Source: Craspedostauros australis
Lineage: Eukaryota
DNA: 41,858 bases
Direction of reading: 5' to 3'
Assembly: GCA_030167865.1 (NCBI GenBank)
Contig: JALAGF010002898.1
Coordinates: 1-41,858 of the forward strand
Positions 33,689 to 41,858 of the stretch are shown here, piece after piece. Below the pieces are notes generated by a model, which was not told the DNA's origin, made no database searches, and saw only the letters and a list, made by a program, of their open reading frames with translations. Made by a program: the position numbers and the translations under genes. Each line of letters starts with the position of its first letter. Positions within the stretch are counted from its first letter, which is position 1.

Positions 33689-34581
33689 TTACATTGGCAT
33701 GATGGTGTATGTCTGGGTCTCGACGGTAGTGATTCCATCAATTGCCTTGATCTTGGCGAGGAACGCCTCCTCTGGTGCAAACTTGGCTTCCTCCCATGCG
33801 CCGAACTTATCCGCGCCAAGAGAGGTGATGACCTGTTCGTGGGGAGGGCAGTGATTTCCATTCAATTGTTCGATCGTGGTGGCGATCAGCGTGTGTGAAT
33901 GTAAGAGTGTGTAGATGACGACAGTTGAAAGTATGTCAAAGAGGATTGGGCGTGAGATACGCCCTTGCAACAACTGACAACCAGCCACAACACTGCGGAA
34001 CGCAATACATCCGCTCAGTTGGTACGATCACAGCAACTGCAACCAAACTCACCTTGAAATCAAGACATCCTCCGCAAACAACACGGTCGACCTTCTTGTA
34101 ACCATCAACGGCCTTAATGTCAGCCAGCACTTCCTTGAGCGCCTTCTGCGCTTCGACCAGCGACTTCTTGTCGTTGTCGCCCGACCACTTGCATCGCCAT
34201 TCACGTGCGACGGTGTCGAATTCAACTCCTTCTGCGATGGTGCCCATGGTTCTGCGGTCATCGCCAATCGCAAGCATGCCAAATCGAGACAGAGAACGAA
34301 GCGAAGCAAAGCAAGGCAGAGAAGAGACGATTGCACGTGAGTTGAGTTCCAAGATCCTGTATCAACGCGAATGTGTCACATCACATCACATCACTTCATG
34401 GCTCCACCCACAAGCACAGCATCGCAGCACATCTAGCTTCACATCAACAGCTTTACCAATGCACACATACACACACATACCTGTTGCTCGAGCTGGTGAA
34501 TGCGGGAAGATATCTTGCGGTTGCGGGAAGGATCCTGGTGGATGTATGGCGAAATGGAGAGATCAGGAGGGACATGGTCAT
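33689..34581 (-). CDS. Small uncharacterised protein with a CGGC motif and a separate presequence exon, 3 exons, 147 aa
   Basis: Exons 34581-34481, 34251-34053 and 33832-33689 (AG|GTATGT...CCGCAG|A; AAG|GTGAGT...GAACAG|GTC), 444 nt in frame. Core: MGTIAEGVEFDTVAREWRCKW...RVVCGGCLDFKVITSL...VETQTYTIMPM. Confidence 0.8.
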
Positions 34582-34944
34582 CTTTGTGTTCCCCTCTTCG
34601 ATCTCTGTCGTCGTCTTTATCTTTCTCCTTTTCTTGTTCGTTGATGTTGTGGTTGTGTTGTGGCGTGTTGTTGTTGCGAAGTTTTCTGCACACATCACGA
34701 AGATTTCGCAAAAGATTCGTGAGAACAAGATCCATCTTTGACTAGTTGGACCGAAATCAAGTATTGAAGGCTAATGAAGGAGACAAGAAATCACCAATCA
34801 CACGTGGGCCTCATCATTAATAGAATAGGATACATGCTGAATAGAATAGATCAGAAGAGGAGTCCGGATTGCTGTTTCCGTCTCATATTACTATCTTGCA
34901 CAGAGAAGCACGCAAAAGCACACTCATCCGCAGTTTTTCTCATT

Positions 34945-37900
34945 CTACTCAAAGTCTGGCTGCTTCATCTCGGTCGAAAAACACTCGACGACATCGCCTG
35001 CCTTGAATTCCTCAAACCCGGACAACCCCAAACCGCATTCATTGCCGCGCTCGACGCTGTCCACAAGGTCCTTGAAATGGCGCAAGCTGGAGGCGGTGAC
35101 GGTGTCGCCTTCGGGAGAAATGATAGCGCCATCGCGCAGCACGCGGAAGTAGCACCGTGCATCGCTGCCTGGGGAGGCGTCTCGGAAGATCGTGCCGTCC
35201 TGAACTTGCATACCGGCGATGCTTTCCTTGCCATTCGCACCGTCGATCTCGAACACGGCCTTGATGATGGCCGTGCCGTGGACGGTCTCCTTTGGCATGA
35301 GCGGCAGGTATTGCGCGTACAGATCTTTGGCTTGATCGAGGAGAGTGTAGATCACGTCGTTGGCGTACAGCTGTACGCCTTCGTCGTCGGCCGCGTTGCG
35401 CGTGGCTTGGTCGATGCGCTTCAGACCGAAGGCGAAGATGGGTGCTTCGCTCTCTTTGGCCAGCTGGATGTCGGATTCGTTGATGGCGCCGACACCTTCG
35501 TAGACGGGATCGATCACCAGCGGATGGCCGGAGTCGTTGCCCAGGTCCACCAGCGATTCCCGAATGGCCACCAAGGACCCTTCGGCCTCCGCCTTGACGA
35601 TGATCGGAACTCGGACGCGCCCGTCGCTGTCGGGGATGTTGGCCCGCTCGATGACGCGGCCGACACGCAAGGAATCCTTCTTGCGCATGCCGTGAATTTG
35701 AACTTCGAGATTCTGTGGCATATCCGGCCGGTCCTCATCATCATCGCCATCGTCATCCAACGCCATGCGTCGTTTGATGATCTCTTCTGCCTCTTCTTCG
35801 CTGTCAACGCAGATGATGGGATCGCCAGCCTTGGGTATTGATTTGAAGCCGACGATTCGGACGGGCATGGAGGGATCGCCCTTCTTGAGCATCTTGTCGT
35901 TCACATCCTTGAGCAGTCGAACACGTCCCGTCTGATCTCCGCTGACGATGACATCATTCTTCTTCATGCTTCCCCAACGGATGATGCAGTCGGCAACGAC
36001 GCCATGGCCCTTCTCTATCCTGGCATCCATGACGATGCCTTCCGCCAACGCCTTGTCATCCGCACGAAGGTCCATCATCTCGCTTTGAAGCACCAAACCT
36101 TCCATGAGATCTTCCAAACCAAGGCCCGTGAGTCCGGAGGTTGGAATGATTTGCACAGGCGGTCCGAACTCGGAGTCTGTTATTGTCATGCCTTCTGAGA
36201 AAATGCCATGCTCCATCAGCTGATTCTCCACCCGCGTCTTGGCTTCGTCGACATCCACTCCGTGCTTGTCAATCTTGTTCAGCGCCACCACCATCGTGAT
36301 GCCACCGTCAGCCGAACCAGCCACGATGGACTTGTAGAAGTTGAGGATCTCGACCGTCTGCTCCGAGACGCCATCATCCGCGGCCACGACCAGCACGATG
36401 ACATCGGCAGCGTGTGATCCCGACTGGCGCATGGCCTTGAAGGCAGCATGCCCGGGCGTATCAAGGAACGTGACGACCTTGTCTTCGCCGAAGTCCTGTG
36501 TCATGGACACCTGGAAGGCGCTGATGACCTGAGTGATGCCGCCCGCTTCCGTTCCTGCCACATTGGATGATCCATCATTCTTGCCTTGATTCTTGGCTCC
36601 CTTCTTGTTTTTCTTCTTCTTCTTCTCCTTGCTCTTTTTGGATGGCCCTTCCTGTTCTCTGGATCGCTGACGCAATGCATCCATAAGAGTCGTCTTGCCA
36701 TGATCGACGTGGCCCATGATACAGACCACGGGCGGGCGTGCGACCAACGTCACCATGGTCTCTGCCGTAGGTGATGATTCTGCAGCGGTTGCCGATACTC
36801 CGCCTGTCTCGCCTGTCTGTTCTTGCTCGATGTCCTCCTCCGCCACGGCTCTGCGTTGCAGCAGCAGATCTTCAGCCTCCACGCTCTGCTTCTGCTCAGC
36901 ACGCTGCGTCTCGACTCCCAATTCCAACGCGAGTAATTCCACCAAATCCACATCCAGACCTTCCTCCTGAGTTTCACCCAGCGACGATAAGATCCGTTTG
37001 ATCTCCTGCTGCTTGATGCGAAGCAGGGTTGACACTTCGACCAGCGAAATGGGATAGTTGGGCAATGTAACGACAGCATCGTCCATTCCGGATGGTACGT
37101 CCTCTCCTCTCTCCGTGCGTCCCTTGCGGCCCACAAGGAATTGATTTCCGTTTCTCATCAGCGCCTGTTTTCTCCCTTCGAAGCGTCGGTTCAGTCCTTG
37201 CCCTCTATTGAAATGGTTGAACCCTGTCGGCCTTGAGGATGCATTCTGGTATCGACCAGCGGCGTTGGCATCTTTCGATTCACGTCCACTCTGCGACGGC
37301 GGCGGTGACGGCTGTGAATCATTTTTCCGCTCCTTCTTGAGAAAACCTTGGAAGGAGACGGCAGGCCGACTTGGGCGACTCTGACTGGATTGGTGGCCCA
37401 GCCCTTTCTGTGGTCGCAACGAAGCAAACAAGTTCCGATCTCGATTCAGGTTGCTACCCGATGCGGAGTTCTTCGGCGGCGGCTTTGGCTGTATTTGGGC
37501 CATGAGGTTGGCCAGGCTGACTTGGCTTGATTTTCCGCCGCGGTTCTCCGATGGTGGTGCCTGCTTTTGCCGTTGGTCGTGATACTGCGGCTGGTTTCGC
37601 TGTTGCATGCGCGGATTGTGATTGTTTCGATCACTGTTGTGTCCGCGATTATTGTCGTGTCCACGGTTTTCATTCCTCTTGTTCCAGGTGTTGACGTTGC
37701 CATTACCACTCCCATTGTAGTTGCTGTTGTTGTTATTGTTGTTGTCTTGCCGTCCTTGGTTATCATTTCTGTACCCTCCTCGTTGGCCATCATCTCGCTG
37801 ATGCTGCCGTCTCATGTGGTTGTCGTGACCACGGTTGTTCCGCCGATTCCACCCGTTGTTATTCCTATTATTGTGGTTGTGTGGTTTATGTTGGTTCCTG

Positions 37901-38454
37901 CCATCTCCACCCCTCCCCATGCTGTTGCCGCGACTGCCGCCACCAGTACCATCGTTGTTAAATCGCTGATTTTGAGTGCGTTGGCTTGTCGCATCGGCCA
38001 AGGCCGACGCCGCCTTGGGGAGGTCTCTAAAAGCTTTAGGTAATGCCGATGCGACGGCCGCTGCTGCCGCTGTCACCGTTTGCTGTTGTGGTGGTCTCGC
38101 ACCCTTCTGCTGCTGATGCGCTGCCATCCGTTTCTCCAGAATCCGCTTCATGGCGTCATGGCCGCCACCACTTGTCGAGAAGGCGCGGCGGTGAACGTGG
38201 ATGCTGCTTCGAGAAGGAACATGCAGTCCATTCGAAGCATGGATGTTTGATCCAATCGCCACCCTTGGTTGTTCGCGCCCTCCAATGATTGGTGACTGCG
38301 CTGGCGAGGATGGCGACCATGGTGACTGCAATGACTGCAATGACAGCGATCGTGTTGATGAACAATGACGGCTCAGAGAAATCGCGTTCGGAGAGGCACC
38401 AAGCTGGGACCTTCCGGCCCTCACGGTATGTGCAGCGATGCAACGTCGAAGCAT
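34945..38454 (-). CDS. infB: Organellar (probably mitochondrial) translation initiation factor IF-2, 1169 aa
   Basis: [23 protein letters not shown] (G1), [17 protein letters not shown] (G3), NKID (G4), [31 protein letters not shown]. Arg-rich presequence [18 protein letters not shown] with no signal peptide. Confidence 0.95.
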   Translation of the reverse strand: MLRRCIAAHTVRAGRSQLGASPNAISLSRHCSSTRSLSLQSLQSPWSPSSPAQSPIIGGREQPRVAIGSNIHASNGLHVPSRSSIHVHRRAFSTSGGGHDAMKRILEKRMAAHQQQKGARPPQQQTVTAAAAAVASALPKAFRDLPKAASALADATSQRTQNQRFNNDGTGGGSRGNSMGRGGDGRNQHKPHNHNNRNNNGWNRRNNRGHDNHMRRQHQRDDGQRGGYRNDNQGRQDNNNNNNSNYNGSGNGNVNTWNKRNENRGHDNNRGHNSDRNNHNPRMQQRNQPQYHDQRQKQAPPSENRGGKSSQVSLANLMAQIQPKPPPKNSASGSNLNRDRNLFASLRPQKGLGHQSSQSRPSRPAVSFQGFLKKERKNDSQPSPPPSQSGRESKDANAAGRYQNASSRPTGFNHFNRGQGLNRRFEGRKQALMRNGNQFLVGRKGRTERGEDVPSGMDDAVVTLPNYPISLVEVSTLLRIKQQEIKRILSSLGETQEEGLDVDLVELLALELGVETQRAEQKQSVEAEDLLLQRRAVAEEDIEQEQTGETGGVSATAAESSPTAETMVTLVARPPVVCIMGHVDHGKTTLMDALRQRSREQEGPSKKSKEKKKKKNKKGAKNQGKNDGSSNVAGTEAGGITQVISAFQVSMTQDFGEDKVVTFLDTPGHAAFKAMRQSGSHAADVIVLVVAADDGVSEQTVEILNFYKSIVAGSADGGITMVVALNKIDKHGVDVDEAKTRVENQLMEHGIFSEGMTITDSEFGPPVQIIPTSGLTGLGLEDLMEGLVLQSEMMDLRADDKALAEGIVMDARIEKGHGVVADCIIRWGSMKKNDVIVSGDQTGRVRLLKDVNDKMLKKGDPSMPVRIVGFKSIPKAGDPIICVDSEEEAEEIIKRRMALDDDGDDDEDRPDMPQNLEVQIHGMRKKDSLRVGRVIERANIPDSDGRVRVPIIVKAEAEGSLVAIRESLVDLGNDSGHPLVIDPVYEGVGAINESDIQLAKESEAPIFAFGLKRIDQATRNAADDEGVQLYANDVIYTLLDQAKDLYAQYLPLMPKETVHGTAIIKAVFEIDGANGKESIAGMQVQDGTIFRDASPGSDARCYFRVLRDGAIISPEGDTVTASSLRHFKDLVDSVERGNECGLGLSGFEEFKAGDVVECFSTEMKQPDFE

Positions 38455-39070
38455 CTTGGATCCTCCTTTCCTCCTTAGTCTATGCGTTGAACCACAAAGG
38501 TGGATGTAAGGTCAAAGCCAGTTCGGACGCCGAAGCATCGAAGCATTGCGGTTTGTGAGGAGCGTGATTTCGGCAGACAGCAAATGCGAAGTTGCATCGT
38601 GTTTGGGATTTGCGCTTTTTGTTGGTGTTGGTTGATGTGTGGTGAGATTCGCGAAAGTATTTACGTCACATTGTTACATCCGACTGATGCACGGTCAGAC
38701 AAATGAAATATCATTCTAAAGAATCTATGCGAGTGCGACTACAACGACCTAACCACGTCAGATGTGCAGACCAACGTTGTTGTCGCAGTTTTCCCGCGAT
38801 CTGTCGCACATCATCAAAACAACGTCACATCATGTCAACGGATCCGAAGAATCGGCATCAACACTGCTGACACCTCGGTGGATTTGCTCAGCAACACCAT
38901 CCACATCCACCGACTTTGCACTTCCGAATACGAGAGCATTGGAAGCATCGTTGTGTCTGTCAGAATCTATTGCACTCTGCACTCGCACTCACACTCACAC
39001 TCACACTCACACGGATCCGCAAAAAGAAGTATAATATTATAATATATTATACCAATAGATAGACAACATC

Positions 39071-39835
39071 ATGAAGCTTGTTGCCGGAATTGTTGCGCTG
39101 TTGGCAGTGGACCGGGCCGCGGCCTTCGGTGTTCCAATCCATGATGCCAAGCCATCGGTATCTTCATCTGCCCAGCCTGCCGCAGCTGAAGAATCCAATG
39201 GTACAGCGCAGCCTCAGCAACAGGATCGACGCAATTTCGTTCGCAGCGCGGCATCGGCCGCATGCGCGGGCGTCATGATGGGCATCACAGGATTCGCATC
39301 AACCGCCGAAGCTTTGGTGGAAGGCAATCCACCGCCTGGCAAAACCAAGGCGCTGCCGGAGGAATACCGGCAAGGCACCTTCGCCCTGTCCGACATGGAC
39401 GACCAGGCACCCGTCCCACGCGAGGCGTACAAGAAGCTCTCATCCGGCGTCGTCTACGCCGATCTGCGCCCCGGCAGCGGCATGGAGGTGCAGCAGGGCA
39501 GCCGCGTCAACATGCAATGGGTATTGCGCAAATCCAACGGATACTTCGTCGACAGTTCCGAGGTCAGCGGCAGCGTGCCATTCATCTTCACGGTCGGAGA
39601 CGGCTCGGCCATCGCCGGCGTCGACGAAGGCGTGCGCGGCATGCAGCAGGGCGCCGTGCGACGCATCCTCATCCCGCCGAGCTTGGCCTACGTGCAAGGA
39701 TTGGAGGATGGCAAGCCGGGGCCGTTGCCCGTTGGGTTTGGACCGCGGCAGCAAATGCGGCGGGTGCAGAACGTGCGCAAGGATGTGCCGGGAGAATACG
39801 TATTCCTCGAGGTGCAGGTGACGAGGGTTCGTTAG
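39071..39835 (+). CDS. Thylakoid-lumen FKBP-type peptidyl-prolyl isomerase (FKBP16-1-like), 254 aa
   Basis: Signal peptide + AAA-FGVP, Tat motif DRRNF, hydrophobic helix and AEA cleavage site. FKBP domain: SGVVYADLRPGSG...LRKSNGYFVDSS...FTVGDGSAIAGVDEGVRGMQQGAVRRILIPPSLAY...FGPR. Confidence 0.92.
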   Translation: MKLVAGIVALLAVDRAAAFGVPIHDAKPSVSSSAQPAAAEESNGTAQPQQQDRRNFVRSAASAACAGVMMGITGFASTAEALVEGNPPPGKTKALPEEYRQGTFALSDMDDQAPVPREAYKKLSSGVVYADLRPGSGMEVQQGSRVNMQWVLRKSNGYFVDSSEVSGSVPFIFTVGDGSAIAGVDEGVRGMQQGAVRRILIPPSLAYVQGLEDGKPGPLPVGFGPRQQMRRVQNVRKDVPGEYVFLEVQVTRVR

Positions 39836-39844
39836 TTGCGAGTG

Positions 39845-39866
39845 CTCTCTCTCTCTCTCTCTCTCT
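39845..39866. repeat. (CT)11 microsatellite just past the FKBP stop codon
   Basis: Read directly from the sequence. Confidence 0.9.
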
Positions 39867-41858
39867 GTGTGAAGGCATCAAGTTGGAGTGTGGTCGCAGA
39901 GAGTGCCATGCGATAAAGGAGATGCATAGCTCGAAAATAACAGCAATAACATCAGTATGGAATGACGCCACGGAACCAGGTTGATCGAGTGCCGCTCGAT
40001 CCAAACATTCGTGAAGAGTCCGGAAACCATGTAGATTAGCCGTCGGTGAAATGGCCGGCCACAATGTATGGCAGTATGATGCAAGTATTACGACTACAAC
40101 TATGCTTTCTTGAACTCAGTTCTGCCTTTGCGGAATTGCTGGTTCCGCCTCATGAATCGAAGACTTGCTCTGCTCTGGTCTAATTGCATGCGAAACTCAA
40201 AATGAGGCGCAAAAGATGAGGCACAAGTGGAACCTTCACATTTGACAAGCCACGCGTGCGATACGCTCTTGGCGGCAACCAGGAAACCAATGAACACAGC
40301 GCTCGTATCGTGGATTGGAGGCAATGGGAGAATTGGATCGAGGGTGATCAGCACGGTATGGACAACGAAGACGGTGTTCTCCGACCAGGGCATTCCCCAC
40401 TGTTCGACCTCGCGGTAAATGAGAACGACAACAGCTTTTCGATGGCGACGATGGCGACTCTGGAAGCGCAATGGGAACGAACTACTCAGTGTAGAACCCT
40501 CGCGCTTGTGCACATGCTTGCGCGTGAGAATATCTCTGAGCAATGGACGTGAAATCCGGTCGCGTGGATAGAATTGAAAAGCCAAAGAGAAAGCCGGGCA
40601 GGGAGGTTGGTCTTGCAAACAAGACAACTGTGGTTCCCCGACATCGTGAACCCGATGTTTCCCTCCATGAGACCGCGGCCTATCATGCATGAATCCTCTT
40701 GCGATGCCTCCCACAACGAAGGAGCTTTTCGGTAGAGATGAATAAGTGAGATGGGAAGAGAACGCGGCAGGATGGGCGTGTTGGTTTCTGGTCAACTGCC
40801 ACCGTTGCTGAATGGATCAAAGTTCCGCACAGACTCCAGATGTTTGCCAATACATAGCTCGAATCATGTTCATCCGGCCGACCTGCGGAGGTGAGGGCAT
40901 GAGCCGTGTTTTGCCGATTCTCGGTATCGCTTGACGATCCATCTCCGCAACAACGCATCAAAACGGATGATCACAGATGGGTTCAGAGACATTTTACGAC
41001 CGCCTGTTGCGGAAAATGGGTTGGTGATGTGAGACCCTTGCGAATAGTTACTCAGACGATCTCGGAACTTTGTGGTTCTCGTAACATGCCCAAGAGGTTA
41101 TCGATGTGAAGGTCGCGGGTCTCCACCTTCTGCGTGCGAAATGGACAAAGCGAAAAATGGCTTTTTTTGGTCCATGAGAGCGAATACTGTCGTGCGGTGA
41201 TCGGTACCGTATGTGACAACAATGTCGCATTTTCGCTTGGGAAGCGCGGTAAAGACACCACATGTGTCGATTTGTACTTTATTCACGCTTGAAGCGTGTT
41301 CTGCCGTGCTTTGTTCGTTGGGATCACCGACTCATGCGACTACTAGAGCACGCCTTTCCCGTGTCGGCGTGACGTTGCGCTTATTCACGTGAGTGCCTGG
41401 CGATGTCCAACACTGTGTGAACGTGCCAATGACGTCCGCTTTGCTCTCCTTCCACCCTTTCGTGTCTGCTCCAAGACAGCGCCATTCCCAAACCCGCTAC
41501 GTCACATTGCCTCCTTTCAACCATGACAGCCCTTCAGCTCAATCGCCCCTTGCTTTTCAAGAGGGTCCTTGCTTCGCATTCGTTGTTCGTGCTGGTGCAT
41601 GTCTTCGTGCCGGAACAACTCTCGAATGCGTGGGGGTGTTTTTTTCGCGCCACAATTCATTGCTGCGCAGCACTCCAACAAACATGCATTGTCTCATCAT
41701 ACTCTTGCCCAGTGTACTTCGGTTCTTCACTCGTCACTCTCCACACCCGTGACGAAAGTGAGCATGTTCGTTCACAGGGGGGTAGGCAGCATCATGTCCT
41801 CCCTTTCCTGTCCTGATAGGCACGCGTCGTTGCGTGATGAACCCTGCTCGTGTCGCTC

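Noticed and set aside
40080-41858. 231-aa minus ORF and short plus ORFs at the right end
   Set aside because: Non-protein-like composition, no motifs, and no RNA gene or terminal repeats recognised.

Overview
This is gene-dense eukaryotic nuclear DNA, very likely from a diatom or other ochrophyte: introns are GT-AG and 128-273 bp, and three genes carry signal peptide + ASAFAP-type bipartite plastid presequences. I rebuilt 13 protein genes by hand: a secreted trypsin, a GT61 glycosyltransferase, a TLDc protein, a plastid photolyase-like/alpha-beta-hydrolase fusion, a rhomboid, OsmC, a ~3040-aa TALE-homeodomain + double-PZP chromatin protein, a plastid PPR protein, a BRCT-H15-zfPARP protein, a histidine phosphatase, a small CGGC protein, mitochondrial IF2 and a thylakoid FKBP. 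The decayed 3' end of a non-LTR retrotransposon sits at the left edge. The top observation is a 2-nt micro-exon (TG, 3787-3788, flanked by CACAG and GTAAGT). It appears to be required to keep the trypsin in frame and supplies the first two bases of the Cys codon next to the catalytic His. All family calls come from motif recognition by eye; no database search was run.
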